The notes under the pieces: model-generated
What the model was told of the DNA's origin: nothing
Databases searched by the model: none
What the model saw: only the letters and a program-made list of their open reading frames with translations
In this document: piece by piece, positions 47,901 through 61,934 of the stretch
Layout of the letters: every line of letters starts with the position of its first letter
Numbering within the stretch: the stretch's first letter is position 1
Program-made: the position numbers and the translations under genes
Source of the DNA: Smutsia gigantea
Lineage: Eukaryota
DNA length: 64,000 nucleotides
Assembly: GCA_032199065.1 (NCBI GenBank)
Contig: JAVSCE010011590.1
Span: 172,551 to 236,550, forward strand
Reading direction: 5' to 3'

Positions 47901-50900
47901 ACAACAACACAAAGCCGCAACTTCTGTGGGACGCAGCAAAGGCAGTTCTAAGTGGAAAGTATATTGCAGTCCAGGCCTATTTAAAGAAGGAAGAACAATC
48001 CCAAATGAATAGTCTAAAGACACAATTATTGAAATTGGAAAAAGCAGAATAAATGAGGCCCAAATTCACCAGAAGGAGGGACATAATAAAGATCAGAGAA
48101 GAAATAAATAAAAATTGAGAAGAATAAAGCAATAAAACAAATCAATGTAACCAAGAGCTGGTTCTTTGAAAAAATAAACAAAATAGATAAACCCCTAGCT
48201 AGACTTATTAAGAGAAAAAGGGAATCTACACAAACAGAATCAGAAATGAGAAAGGAAAAACAATGACAGACCCACAGAAATACAAAGGATTATTAGAGAA
48301 TACTATGAAAATCTATATGCTAACAAGCTCGAAAACCTAGAAGAAATGGACAACTTCTTAGAAAAATACAACCTTCCAAGACTGACCAAGCAAGAAACAG
48401 AACACCTAAACACACGAATAAAGAAATTGAATCAGTAATCAAAAAACTAACTAAGAACAAAACCCCGGGCCAGTTGGATTCACCTCTGAATTTTACCAGA
48501 CATATAGAGAAGAAATACTACCCATTCTCCTTAAAGTTTTCCAAAAAATGGAAGAGGAGGGAATGCTTCCAAACTCATTCTATGAAGCCAGTATCACGCT
48601 AATACCAAACCAGGCAAAGACCTCACCAAAACAGAAAATTACAGACCAATATCCCTGATGAACATAGATGCAAAAATCCTCAACAAAATATTAGCAAACC
48701 GAATTCAAAAATATATCAAGAAGATCATACACCATGATCAAGTGGGATTCATCTCAGGGATGCAAGGATGGTACAACATTCGAAAATCCATCAACATCAT
48801 CCACCACATCAACAAAAAGAAGAACAAAAACCACATGATCATCTCTATAGATGCTGAAAAAGCACTTGACAAAATTCAACATCCATTCATGATAAAAACT
48901 CTCAACAAAATGGGTATAGAGGGCAAGTACCTCAACATAATAAAGGCCATATATGACAAAACCACAGCCAACATCAAACTTAACAATAAGAAGCTGAAAG
49001 CTTTTCATCTAAGATCAGGAACAAGACAGGGATGCCCACTCTCCCCACTGTTATTCAACATAGTACTGGAGGTCCTAGCCACGGCAATCAGACAAAACAA
49101 AGAAATACAAGGCATCCAGAATGGTAAAGAAGAAGTCAAACTGTCACTATTTGCAGATGACATGATATTGTACATAAAAAAACCCTAAAGACTCCACTCC
49201 AAAACTACTACAACTAATATCAGAATTCAGCAAAGTTGAAGGATACAAAATTAACACACAGAAATCTGTTGCTTTCCTATACACTAATGATGAACTAGCA
49301 GAAAGAGAAATCAGGAAACCAATTCCATTCACAATTGTATCAAAAAGAATAAAATACCTAGGAATAAACCTAACCAAGGAAGTGAAAGACCTATACCCTG
49401 AAAACTACAAGACACACCTAAGAGAAATTAAAGAGGACACTAACAAATGGAAATGCATCCCATGCTCTTGGCTAGGAAGAATAAATATTGTCAAAATGGC
49501 TATACTACCTAAAGCAATCTACAAATTCAATGCAATCCCTATCAAAATACCAACAGCATTCTTCAGCGAACTGAAACAAATAGTTCTAAAATTCATATGG
49601 AGCCACAAAAGACCCCGAATAGCCAAAGCAATCCTGGGAAGGAGGAATAAAACAGGGGAATTCTGCTCCCTGACTTCAAGCTCTACTACAAAAGCCACAG
49701 TAATCAAGACAATTTGGTATTGGCACAAAAACAGACCCACAGACCAGTGGAACAGAATAGAGTCCAGATATTAACACAAACATACATGGTCAATTAATAT
49801 ACGATAAAGGAGCCATGGATATACAATGGGGAAATGACAGCCTCTTCAACAGCTGGTGTTGGCAAACTGGACAGCTACATGTAAGAGAATGAAACTGGAT
49901 TATTGTTTAATCCCATACACAAAAGTAAATTCAAAAAGGATCAAAGACCTGAATGTAAGTCATGAAACCATAAAACTCTTAGAAAAAAACATAAGCAAAA
50001 ATCTCTTGGACATAAACATGAGCAACTTCTTCATGAACATATCTCCCCGGGCAAGGGAAACAAAAGCAAAAATGAACAAGTGGGACTGTATCAAGCCGAA
50101 AAGCTTCTGTACAGCAAAGGACACCATCAGTAGAACAAAAAGACATCCTACAGTATGGGAGAATATATTCATAAATGATGTATTTGATAAGGGGTTGACA
50201 TCCAAAATACATAAAGAACTCATGCACCTTAACAAAAAAAAGCAAATAATCCAATTAAGAAATGGGCAGAGGACATGAATAGACACTTCTGTAAAGAAGA
50301 AATTCAGATGGCCAACAGGCACATGAAAAGATGCTCCACATCGCTAATCATCAGAGAAATGCAGATTAAAACCACAATGAGATATCACCTCACACCAGTG
50401 AGAATGGCCAACATCCAAAACACAAACAACAACAAATGTTGGTGAGGATGTGGAGAAAAGGGAATCCTCCTACACTGCTGGTGGGAATACAAATTAGTTC
50501 AACCATTGCGGAAAGCAGTATGGAATTTCCTCAAAAAACTCAAAATAGAAATACCATTTGACCCAGGAATTCCACTCCTAGGAATTTACCCTAAGAATGC
50601 AACAGCCCAGTTTGAAAAAGACATATGCACCCCTATGTTTATCGCAGCACTATTTACAGTAGCCAAGAAATGGAAGCAACCTAAGTGTCCATCAGTAGAT
50701 GAATGGATAAAGAAGAGGTGGTACATATACACAATGGAGTATTATACAGCCATAAGAAGAAAACAAATCCTGCCATTTGCAACAACATGGATGGAGCTAG
50801 AGAGTATTATGCTCAGTGAAATAAGCCAGGTGGAGAAAGACAAGTATCAAATGTTTTTACTCATCTGTCGAGTATATGAACAAAGAAAAAAACTGAAGGA

Positions 50901-51223
50901 ACAAAACAGCAGCAGACTCACAGAACCCAAGAATGGACTAACAGTTACCAAAGGGAAAGGGACTGGGGAGGATGGGTGGGAAGGGAGGAATAAGGGGGGA
51001 AAAGGGGCATTATTAGCAGACATAATGTAGTGGGGGGGGCCACGGGGAGGGCTGTACAACTCAGAGAAGACAAGTAGTGATTCTATAGCATCTCACTACG
51101 CTGATGGACAGTGACTGTAATGGGGTGTGTGGTCGGGAGTCTAGTAACCATAATGTTGCATCTGTAAGTGTATATTAATGATACCAAAATTTTAAAAATA
51201 CAAAAAATAAAATTAAAATTAAA
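44913..51223 (+). mobile_element. Full-length, heavily disrupted LINE-1 (~6.3 kb) with a ~1 kb 5'UTR, inserted antisense in a TEP1 intron
   Basis: The 5' end GGCTTCTGGGAAGATGGCAGTGTGAGCAGGGCAGCGGAAATCTCCTCCC matches the first copy. ORF1 pieces are 45920..46297 and 46388..46762. ORF2 pieces are 47041..47643, 48658..49188, 49382..49774, 49856..50278 and 50506..51030. The 3'UTR and A-rich tail follow, flanked by a 17-bp TSD. Confidence 0.93.
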
Positions 51224-51240
51224 AAAAAGGAAGTAAATGG
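51224..51240. repeat. Target-site duplication, right copy (AAAAAGGAAGTAAATGG)
   Basis: It is identical to 44896-44912. Confidence 0.85.
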
Positions 51241-51694
51241 AGTGGAGGCCACAGATAATCTCAAGGGTGTCTTCACAAAGCCCCCACCCCTTCAGTCCTG
51301 TACTCACTTCAGTATCCCATCAGTGCAGCCCGAGAGTGTCACGTCATTGGGATTCAAACCTGGTAATCTGGCCAAGGAAGAAATAGCCGTTACCAATCAG
51401 AAATACAGCTAGGCCCACAGAGCCACTGCCCTTAGCCTAACACTCTAGGATGCGTACCCCAGCCTTGCATTTTAATGGGGTTATTGCGAGGCTGGGCCGT
51501 GGTGGGCCCTCGTAAATCGGTAGAGCACTAGGATGAAGAACTCAGAAAAGTTTCTAGCATTTGAAGTGCAACAGAGGTAAAATGCAGAAGTGGGATGATG
51601 AGTGGTGAGTGGGACTGTCCCAAGCTTTAGTACGGGTAGAGAAAATATGGATCACTCTCTTCTGGCATTGGGCAAAGAATGTAAGCATCCTTAC

Positions 51695-51825
51695 ATGTAA
51701 TTGTTCCTTCTTAGGAGAACACCAACAAAGAGGCACCTGGAATTCACGTGCCGCCAGAAGAGCTGTTTGGCCTCATTTATCAGCTTGTCGGTCATCGTTT
51801 GGCCAAAGAGGATGACCCTGTCCAC
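51695..51825 (-). CDS. TEP1: TEP1 exon (VDRVILFGQTMTDKLINEAKQLFWRHVNSRCLFVGVLLRRNNYM), vWA/TROVE-side region
   Basis: The acceptor is gctctacag|GTGGAC and the donor is TTACAT|GTAAGG on the minus strand. The frame is open and exon-sized, and it is the first exon upstream of the L1-containing intron. Confidence 0.5.
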
Positions 51826-52879
51826 CTGTAGAGCGAAAGGGGAGGGGCTGAGGCCGGGGAACAGAGTGATAGAAGAGATGCTATAAAGCTAAGAACATCA
51901 AGAAAGAAATCTCTGAGAACTGGGGAATTGGGAGAACTCGGGAGGGAGATGGAAACTGCCTCTGCTGAGAGCACTTAGGATGCGGGGAAGCCACTACACC
52001 CTGACTTGGAGGGGCATCAAAGCAGATGTTGGCAGGGGCAGCGGGGTGCTGTATCTGGCTCATTCCATTTCACAAGGGTTGAATGTTAAGTTTTTAGGAA
52101 TTTTGTGGGCCAGTTGTTAAACATGGCCAATTAAATATTAAATTGTATAAACTTACAATTAAATAAATATTACTTAATAATATATATATAAATAAATTGT
52201 ATTAAACACATTGGTAATACTCAAAACTTACCACTTCCTAATTATTTTACTACATTTTACCCTTACCTACACTTAACACTTGATCTTACTTAAATCTATT
52301 TTACCTGCATTGTGCAAACACTATATACTGGTGAGCTATTGAGCATGTCTTCCCAGCTCCATTCACAGACATCATGTTGGTAGCTTCAAATCAGCCATGA
52401 CAGGAGTAGTTACACGACAGAAATTAGACAATGCTTATTAAGCAAGACTTATTTTCCCAGAGAGCTGGTTGTTAAGCATTTACCAGCATTGGGTAGGGGG
52501 CTGCAGCCCTTAGGGAGACAGTCTGGATACCATATAGTTTAAGTTAGCTTTGAGAAATGAGATGAACCCATTGGGGAAGAAAATGTGGGAGAGAAGACGG
52601 TTTCTCAGGGACTGGGCTGTACTCACAGGGACCCTTTGTGCAGCCAGAGACAGCAGATACTTCCCAAAAGTACACAGAGACCATTCATCCTTTTCATCTA
52701 ATTCCTGAAGGAAAAGGTCTCATGTTATGTGCATAGTTACATGGGAGATGATCCATACTCAACAAACACCATTTTCTGCTTGGGGGAACGTTCAGAACTA
52801 TGTATATTCAGACTTTCCCTGACTATTCAGACTGTTCCCAGGCCTGTGTCTACTCCTATGTTTTTGCACGGTGGGGGTA

Positions 52880-53010
52880 GGGGTGTGACCTGGACTTGAG
52901 CCTGGAGTTTGATGGCAGTCTCCAGGATGCCTTCTTCTGCCTTCAGCACAGTAGTCTTCAGAGCACCCTTTCCACACAGTACGAGATCCACCTGCTCCGC
53001 CCGTGCCATC
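52880..53010 (-). CDS. TEP1: TEP1 exon, approximate limits (MMMARAEQVDLVLCGKGALKTTVLKAEEGILETAIKLQAQ)
   Basis: This is part of minus ORF 52827..53060. Confidence 0.35.
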
Positions 53011-53499
53011 ATCATTCCGATCAACAGCAGCACATAGTTGAGCGGGGGCTGATGGGACAAGCGTCAGGCTGAAGAAAGGCTCCCGTTTCTGGAATCCACA
53101 CTTGCCCATCCAGCCCTGGAGGTCAAAGACCTCCATTGGTTGGGGGAAAGAGGGCAAAATCCTTAGTTATGAGGGGACAGCTCCAGCAGCGCTCAGGAAG
53201 AGCTGACTGGGGAGGGAGGTGGAGAGGGACTGGGATCCCTGCCCAAATTCAATACTGGGATGTAGGGAAGTGAAAGTGAGACACAGTTTGGTGACCACAT
53301 GGAGAAGATTAAGTGCCAGCCAGATGTCATTCTAGGATTGTCCGTAGGAACCAAGGTCTGATGCTGGGAGGCAAATGCATTTCATTTATTTCAGTTCCAA
53401 GTGCTTGCTCAGGAGAACCAGGGACACTTCTCAGGATCACCAGTATCCTACCACCACCACCCCTTTTATTTTCTTTACCCCCTGTGGGTTGCTCTTAGG

Positions 53500-53665
53500 A
53501 CAGAGCTTGTCTGCATCAGCATCTGTCAAGTAGACCAAGAGGGTGCGGCCTGGCAGTGGGGGCAGGCTGTGCTTCACAGAGAGGTCCATAGCTGTCTCCA
53601 GGGCCTGTCGATACTGAGCCAGCAGCTCACCATCACATTTCCACTGTCTGCGGGCAGGAAAGACA
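53500..53665 (-). CDS. TEP1: TEP1 exon, approximate limits (RQWKCDGELLAQYRQALETAMDLSVKHSLPPLPGRTLLVYLTDADADKL)
   Basis: This is part of minus ORF 53437..53733. It looks like the vWA-like region that follows TROVE in Ro60/TEP1-family proteins. Confidence 0.4.
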
Positions 53666-55984
53666 CAGACAGAGGGCTCAGGGGCTTCTCTTTTTGCCAC
53701 TTTGATGCAGATGGGTAGTCGAGAAGTTGCCACTCAGTTATCGAGCCTTCACCCCCCTTACACAGCCTGCTTCCCCTGCCTTCATAGGGAAAACAGGGGC
53801 AGAACCTCCCTTTGCCTCCCTTCTGCAGCACTCTCCTAACCCCTTCTCATGGCAGGAGGGAAGCCATCTGAAATCGCTTGCCATACTTACCACATCAGCC
53901 CATACTTACCTCATGAGGCATGGTTTAACTGCTACATATTTTTAAGTTGTATTTTAAAGAACAAATACTAACTCCTTACTCTGAAAACTGTCAATTAAAG
54001 GAGAAAGAATTGAACATTCATCCTACCTTCCCAATACAATCCCTATTTCAGGGTAACTAAAAAGCTTCAGTTGATGAGGGGGGTTCCCTTTAGAATTCCA
54101 GCTAATAAACAGGAAGGATGATAGCAAAACCCTTCTGGAACTGCTCATGAAACAACTGGTTCAGGCAAAGATCATCCGTGGAGGAACCCTAACTTTACAG
54201 TGCAGAGGTCAGGTTATTGTCACCAAAAAGCACTGATCAATCTTAGCATCACTGTGAGTCGGACCACCAGCTCTTTTTCGCCTCTGATCCTGTATCCTAT
54301 TAGGAGGCAAAAAAAGATCAACAGTCTCACTGATAAGCATACAAAGGATCCCTATGAAATATTCTTGCAAGAAAAAAGTTAAATCTTAGTCTATTCGAGC
54401 CTTTAGAGCTAATGCCAATACATGAAACAGAGAAAAAAGCCATATGACACCACGGAGAAAAAGACAAATCTAAAATGTGAGACAGTCTATGGGGACCCTG
54501 AACCTGGTTTCCACAGCAAGTCAATGGCATGAAAACAATTAGAAGATTAAAAGGGATTTAAGTGACTTAATAACCAGACGTAATGTATATGCTTTGTTTG
54601 GATCCTGATTTGAATAAAATTGTGAACTGATACTTTTTAGACAATTGGGAAATTTGAATGTGGACTAGATAATAAATGATAATACCAAGGAATTATTTTA
54701 AGTTTTATTAGGTATATTATGATATTCTTATTATGTAAGAAAATGTCTGTTTTAAGAGATACATGCAAAGTATGGAGGGTGAAATAAAATGTATCATATT
54801 ATTTGGCATCTGCTTTTAAAACACCTTCAAAAAAAACAAAATGGAGAAAGGGATCAGGAAAGAAAGTGCGCTATAATTTAGATAATCATTTAATATAGCT
54901 AACAGTTTTATGGGAGTCCATTATATTATTTTTATCACTTGTGTGCATGTTTAAAATTTTTCATAATAATTCTTAATCTAGAAAATTCAGTAGTCTCTAT
55001 CAGAGCTTCCCAACAGAATTAGATTACAATTAATGAAATGAAGTTTAAATTACATAATTAAAAAATTTTAATAACCACATTAAAAAGAAACAGAAATTAT
55101 TACATTTAACGTAATATATAAAAAATATTCTCATCTGAACACATAATTAATTTAAAAGTTATGAATGAGATATTTTATGTTCTTTTCCATAGTGTCATCA
55201 AAATCCAACACATCTCAGCTCTAATCAGCCACATTTCAAGTGATCAGCAGCCTCATGTGGCTACGGGCTCCTGGGCTGGCCAGCCAAGGCATACTGTTTG
55301 AACTGTTCTGCAGGCTTGATTCTAAAATGACCCTGTGTTCAGCCACTGATTCACTGATTCAGGAGATTCCTGGCCACTGAGTCCTGTGGAAGGTTCGGTG
55401 AGCCCTGTATCTGTCTTGGATGAAAGTGAATGAAGATACTGCCGAAGCACCTGAAAGGACAGAGAGCTGGGACTTCATCGAGCTTACAGAACAGGGTTTA
55501 CGTCTGACTCGAGTCTGCTCAATGATAGTTATCTTTATATGTGTCAAGAGAAGAGAGAAAGTGAGTAGGTCAGAAAATAAGGAGAGTGAGAAAAACAGAA
55601 AGAAAAACCAACAGGTATCACAGAGAAGAAAAAAAGAAAACCACGAACCAGGGCAGAAGCAGAGAGAATACCAGTGTAAACTAAGAGAAAGGGAGATGCT
55701 ATACAGACTCAGAATCCATGGAATCTAATCAAATGATCACAGATAACAGAGCGATCACAGATTTTGTTTCATGATCTCTCTCTAGGATGATGTTAAAGAC
55801 AGGTTTGCGGTAGAAGAGGCCACTGATACTAGGCGACTGAGCCATTGGGGAGACTGACTGGCGTGTCTTTACAGAATAAAAGTTGGGGTTCCCAGATGAC
55901 TCCCAAGCCGTCAGGATACCTCTTGTTGCCTACCCTTTGCTCCTAGATAGCGCACACGTACAGGTGCGCACACGCATGCACACA

Positions 55985-56110
55985 CATACACACCTGGCCT
56001 TGTGGATTTTCAGTTTCTCCCGCTTGAGCTGCTCGTACATCACAGGCATCATCATTGCTGCCCGAAGTTCGCGACGACTTGGGTTTGGGTTCCAAGACTG
56101 CCTCCCATAG
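55985..56110 (-). CDS. TEP1: TEP1 exon, approximate limits (SWNPNPSRRELRAAMMMPVMYEQLKREKLKIHK), TROVE region
   Basis: This is part of minus ORF 55930..56361. Confidence 0.35.
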
Positions 56111-56989
56111 CTATGCCTCTTGACATTTTTTGAGTTTCTAATCATTATCCGACTCATCAGCTTTGTGTTGGAAGGAAATGGCAACGCTGTGAGGCGACAG
56201 GTAAGTGTCTTGAGACAGGCAGCTTCTATTCCCCCCTCTTGTCCTCCCCTCAATACCTGTCCTGGGCCCTGACCCTTGGGGCCAGCAAGTGTCTGGCTTC
56301 CACCCACCCCACACCCTGAGACAAGGCAAGAGGCTGAAAAATGCCCATGCTGCTGTCCCATCTATTCCCAGATAGGAGAGACAAATAGGAGTTGGAAGAA
56401 GAGAGGTAATACCTCTATTTTTTACTTGAGCTTCAAGGTTGTTGATAGAATCATGGGCGTTAAGGAATCTGAATGGAAACTGCCGACTGTGGATCACGGC
56501 CTTCTAGAAAGCAATGGGTGGGGTCATGAGCAGAGGACCAGGGAGTACAGAGGGCCTCAGGGACACATGAGATAAACACCACTGTGTTTGTGCAAGAACA
56601 AAATGTATACTAGAAAAGAGATACGGAGAAAGGTAGAGAAGAATAGAGAAAAAAGTCATCATGTGAGAATATGAGGACGGGTAAAGACAAAAGGAGAGGA
56701 AGTAGCAGAGGAGCCCTGTTTCTTTTATATCACAGTTAAACCACAGTCAGTTAAATCACAGAAGTGCTTCTTCCTGGTAAATCACCACTTGCACAAAAAC
56801 AAACAAGGAAGTTCTTATACTCTCATCTCTCAAAGGATTGGTGAGCCCCCAGACCTGTCTCTCCCAACCTATCTTATCTGTATCTCCATACCTGTTTATG
56901 ACCCACATGGAAATAGCTTGGTGGCCATGACCTTCCCTGCCACTAGGAAAAGCCGGGCTTCCAAAGGTGCGGCTGCATCTTGGCACCCA

Positions 56990-57150
56990 CCTCTGCCGGT
57001 CCCTCCCACATACCGCATGCTGGAGTCCCTGCAGCACAAGCTTATGGTGGCGGGCACTGATTCCAACCCGCAGCAGGTTGCACAGGTTCCGAAGCATGGC
57101 CATGAAGGGAAGCTTCCCGCTGTCTGTGGAAGATCGGGCATAGGGGGAGA
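56990..57150 (-). CDS. TEP1: TEP1 exon, approximate limits (TDSGKLPFMAMLRNLCNLLRVGISARHHKLVLQGLQHAV), TROVE region
   Basis: This is part of minus ORF 56756..57157. Confidence 0.4.
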
Positions 57151-58970
57151 AAAGCAAACAGAGGATGAGAGAGAGAGAGGTCAGAGACTACAGCAAGAAG
57201 TTCCGAGGTCATGAAACAAACTCAGGAGGGAATGAAGAGCTCTCCTATGCAAAATGTTTCAAAGGCTTGGAAAGATAAAAACAGGGTTGGCCTGAGGTTT
57301 GCAGTAAAATTTATGTAACACTGTTTATGGGATGGCTGTTTTAATAACTTATGTTGTCACTTTGCATGCCAGCTCCAGTCTGAGATCCGGCTCAACTGGC
57401 AAAATATATTCTCTAACCTAGAGTAATAATTTCCAAATTTTTTAGATGACTAAAATAGTCATCTAGTAATGTGTTTGTGTATGTTTGCTTACTTATAAAT
57501 CATATGCATGCAGTACAATTATCAGTTAATATTTCAAGGCACAATATACACTTAAGGTTCACCATTAGTAGCACTGAATGTAAAATAGTTTTCTTGGTAG
57601 TTTTTAAGTTTTCTGGCAAATTGCTTATAAGATCTGATTAAACAGTCATGACTTTTCATTGAAATATAGGTGGAAAAGAGTTGCACCGAAGCAGAATTTC
57701 ACCTCTGTTGCTTTCTTATTCTTCACTTGTCCCTGTGATATTAGTATTACCTTAAAGTCATAGTTTCTTAATAATAATCTTTTTAAGGCTTATGTCACTT
57801 TAGGTTAATTTGGCTAATATGGAATAATATTAACAATTGTAAAGCCATTTATAATTCAAAGAGAAGCTATGATAAGTCACATGAAGCAGAAACCAAGAAA
57901 AGAGAGAGGCACCATGACAGCCCTCAGCGGGGGAACCCCTCATCCTCAGTGAACCTCCAGTCAGATGTGGTTCCTTACCATGTAACACAGGGATTAAGCG
58001 CCCAGAGGAGTTCCATCTGTATAGAAAATATTGGAAAAATTCCTTCTTTCTTTTAGATAAAGGCAAACATAAGGAGGAGGTGTGACACTTCTCCCAGGTA
58101 CCCCAGGCGTGCATTCAGACCACATTAGAGATCAGGCCTGTCAGCCCCAGCCCCCACCCTAGGCACCGTCTGTCTTCATCAGGTGGGTGGTGGCCCCCTT
58201 TTTTAGGTAATGTGAGTCTCATTTGAATTATAGCTAGAAGCTTTCATCCTTCCAGCTAAGGGTTCTCTAGTCGTAAGTCTGATTTGCCAACTGCGTAGAA
58301 CAATTAGATTGTGTAAATAACGTGTGATATCTAGTGAACTCATGTATTCTTTGTCAAATCATAAGTTTTTCTCAACTGTTGCTATGTATAAAAGTTTTTC
58401 TAGATTATATTTTGATAAGTAATTAAGTCTGATATCATATTTGTGATACTAGAAAATAAATTGAATATTTATCCTTTAGTCTGAAAGATTCAGATTTCAG
58501 TTCCCCCAAAAATTGTTAATGAGTTATTAATGAATCCTGTGGTCCCCAAAGAGGGGTCTGTGTATCTAACTACATTTTATCTTATATTTTATCCTTATAT
58601 TTTTATATTTCACTTTTTTATATTTACTTACATACCTATATTTACGTAATTATATTTTATGTATTTCCTAAGGTACATAATTTATTAATACATTTACAAA
58701 ATTTTGAAAAATACATATACATAACATTTTGGTGTACTTCAAAATTATTTTGTAATATGTGATCAAAAAAACTGTGGGGATCACTGGATTAGATGATGAG
58801 CATTTGTCTCAACCAAGATAAATGACACAGTTTTAATTTTCAGGGCCAAGGAAGGATGTGGAGGTGATTTGTACTAGAATCATCTATACATACATATTGG
58901 CTGCCATCCAGGCTTCTTTACCTACTCTACCTGAAGTTGTATCAAACAGTGGAGAAGAGGTTGTCAGGCA

Positions 58971-58998
58971 AGTGTGTGTGTGTGTGTGTGTGTGTAAT
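58971..58998. repeat. (GT)13-14 dinucleotide microsatellite in a TEP1 intron
   Basis: caagtgtgtgtgtgtgtgtgtgtgtgtaattcc. Both overlapping ORFs (58858..59046 and 58964..59152) are artefacts of it. Confidence 0.9.
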
Positions 58999-60124
58999 TC
59001 CCATGTGACTCTGATGCACACACTACCAGTGACAACCACACAGTGACAGGAGTGATACGCAGCAGAGCATATGTGATGCCCTGAGTACGATCCACATGTG
59101 GCAGTTCAAAGAGAACTAAGGTAAAAGACAGCTTGGGCTTCTGCAGCTCCAAAGGATGAAGTCTATAAAACTCAAAGGAGTCAAAAGGTCTACAGCTAGA
59201 TATTTTTCAACAGAGAGAAGCTAACTCTAAAATTTCAAAGATAAAAGAGGAAGTAAAAGAAAACAAAACGGAATAGAAAGAGCCTTCTATAGTTAAACAT
59301 AAACTAACAAAAAAACAGAGAGAAAGAGAAGATTGAAAGGAATTGGTCCTCCCCAATTTGAATTTTTTTTTATCATTGTGGACAAATTTCCTAAAACATC
59401 CATGCCCTCAATACAGATGGTTGTGGGGCTTCCCACAGGCCATGTGGCAGTCCTGCCTTGTCTCAGTGAGTTACACAGATATGGTGGAGTGAAATCCGGG
59501 AGAAGGTACCACTTTCATCTGTGTCGATAAAGGCTGTGCGTCACCCAACCACAACTACCCATGATGCCAATGCTGCTCAAAGCTGGCGCCACTGTGCGTG
59601 CTCAGTAGCAAACCTTTTAAGTCCAATCATTTTCAGTGATACTACCAGCAGCCCAGAGAATAACTGGATCGGGCTGGGGAAATCTATCTACTCAGGGTCT
59701 AAAGGCAGAGGCATGAATAGGGAAGACAGGAAGGGAGTGTGATAGTCAAGGCCACTCTACCGATGAGCTCCTCCCAGACGCAAGCTTTGTTCCCCCGCAA
59801 GCTCAGCTCCCGCTCCCAGGTCTGTGGCTGAGAGAGCTTCATCCGCTTCCCTGCTCTGCTAGACTCCCATGGCCCCGGGAGGCGACTTCGAGAAAACGCC
59901 TGTAGGTTGGAAGGGTATCTGGGACAGAGAAGGAAAAGCTTATCATTTCAAATCCAGCTGAAAGTAACTCAAAAAATGAAAGGCGAGTCAGTCAAAGCCA
60001 GTCAGTCATATTTACAGGCCATGCCTGCCAAAACTAATGTTTCTGGGGTCAGAACTACAGGGACTGGGGCTGCAATGTGGGAAAGTCTCGGGGTTACCCA
60101 GACGGGATGTCTGTCCAGGGTGGG

Positions 60125-60250
60125 TCTTCTCACCTGTACCCCAGCAGGGCGTGGACATGCTGAGCAGGCTCCCGGATACGCAGGCGCTGTACCAACTTCT
60201 TCAGGGTGAACCTTGGCTGAGTCTTTGTCTCTGGTACTGTACTGTAGGTC
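60125..60250 (-). CDS. TEP1: TEP1 exon, approximate limits (QFEATYSTVPETKTQPRFTLKKLVQRLRIREPAQHVHALLGYR)
   Basis: The reverse frame is open across a GC-rich segment, and a ctcacctg donor-like boundary sits at 60130. It is not in the ORF track because it is under 60 aa. Confidence 0.35.
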
Positions 60251-61384
60251 GCCTCAAACTGTGGAAATAGCCCCCCATCCCAATTGGGTCACTTAATCTA
60301 TGACCATAGTCACTTTCTTCAGAAACCAGAACCTAAAACCATCCTATACCTACAAAGTAATTTCTTTCTCCAAAGTAGATTTGGGCAAAGGGTAGGAATA
60401 GGGCGTAAAAAGCTTCAGCAACAAGGGTTCCTGAACTGAGCATAACAGAGTAGTTCTTTGGGTCACTGTGTATCATTTACACAAGTTTGAACTATCAATG
60501 GTACTGACAGAAGTAGGTACTATTATCCCAATTTTCTATCTGAGGGAACAGAGGGTGCCATTTAGCCAAGGACGCATAGCTAACAAGTGGTGGTGTTTGT
60601 GGGCTTCAAAGCCAAGTCGCCTGAATCCACATTCCATACTCCTCACTGGCAAGTGCAGTGCCTAATTGGTCATGAATGTAAAAAAAAAAAATTTGGTTTG
60701 TTTTTTAAATTTCCAATGGAAGGTAGGTATTTCATAGTGTTTTTAACTCACTCAGCTGGGCATGGCACCTGTCAGGACAGTGTATCAAAGAGAGTGAAAT
60801 GGAAAAAAAGGAGCCCTAAAACCTGGCCCCATAATCACAGCTGAGAATCACCCAAGTGGGAAATTGGCATGTGCCTACCACACCCACTGTTAGTATTTCT
60901 AAACCAAATGGAATTCCATCTCTAAGTATTAGTTAAGGAAAGCTTGTACATGCACATATAGAACCCCGATGCACAAGGCACTTACCTCCTTCTGTTTGTC
61001 TTTAAGAAACTGAAGGCACCTTGGCAAATACTGCTGTGTCTCAGAAAATGGAAGCTCTACCTTCTGTAGGGACATGGGGAGCAGTTTCAAAAAGGGAAAT
61101 GGAGGTTGTCTCTGCAGAGATTCATTCCTATAACCACAAAGGCCCATCTCTACCAAAAAGGAAGCCAGCTAGGAAGGTGGCAGGCTCTGCCCTCTGCCCT
61201 CTAAGCTCTGTCCTGCTCCTCTGCATTTCTCTGCCTCCTTTTGTTCCTGGTGGTAGGAATATATCAGATGCTTAATGTGGGGTCCCCCAGCATCAGCGTG
61301 TTCCTTCCTCCCTCCCCTTCCAGAGAAAAGGGGCCTGGCTGTGAAAAAGTAGGGCTGAGCAGGGACTAACTGGGAGCCGGGGGG

Positions 61385-61500
61385 GCCGACGGGGACGACG
61401 CTTGGCCCGGTGCTTCCGAGGGTTGTACTTAGCCAGCTGGTACTCATCAAACTGGGCAAATTTGTCAGTCATCGCAGCACAGAGGCAGGCAGGCAGGGGT
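61385..61500 (-). CDS. TEP1: TEP1 exon, approximate limits (AAMTDKFAQFDEYQLAKYNPRKHRAKRRPRRPP)
   Basis: The reverse frame is open, exon-sized and GC-rich. Confidence 0.3.
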
Positions 61501-61934
61501 GCCAGCCTGCTCTCCTCTCCTTCAGCCAGGCTCTGTGAGAGGGGAGACCATCAGGAGTGAGAATGAAATGAACCCACCAAAACAAGACCAGACTCCTTCA
61601 TGCAATTAAATGAGACAGGGTAGGGAGTAAGTTCGCAGCCCCAGGTCAAAAATGACAGTTTCTGTGGTACTGGGCAAGTCAGCAGACTCCTCTGATTCTC
61701 ACTTTCTTCACTGCAAATGTGAGGTCCAGCATAAGACCAGCTTTTCTCAAACTGTAGTTCCACCCTTCTCGATTGTATTCCCCCTGCTGGGCAACCTAGC
61801 CTGGCCCAGAAAGAAGCTGTCCTCCCCAGAGCTGAGGACAACTGAGGGGAAGCCCAACTGAGAGTTCTGTCCAGGGATGCAGTGAGGCAATGACATGGAA
61901 CCAAGTGACAGCTGAAGCCCAGGGCACTGAGTGA

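Noticed and set aside
58971-58998. Z-DNA-forming (GT)n as a regulatory element
   Set aside because: It is an ordinary intronic microsatellite with no positional relationship to a promoter or splice site.
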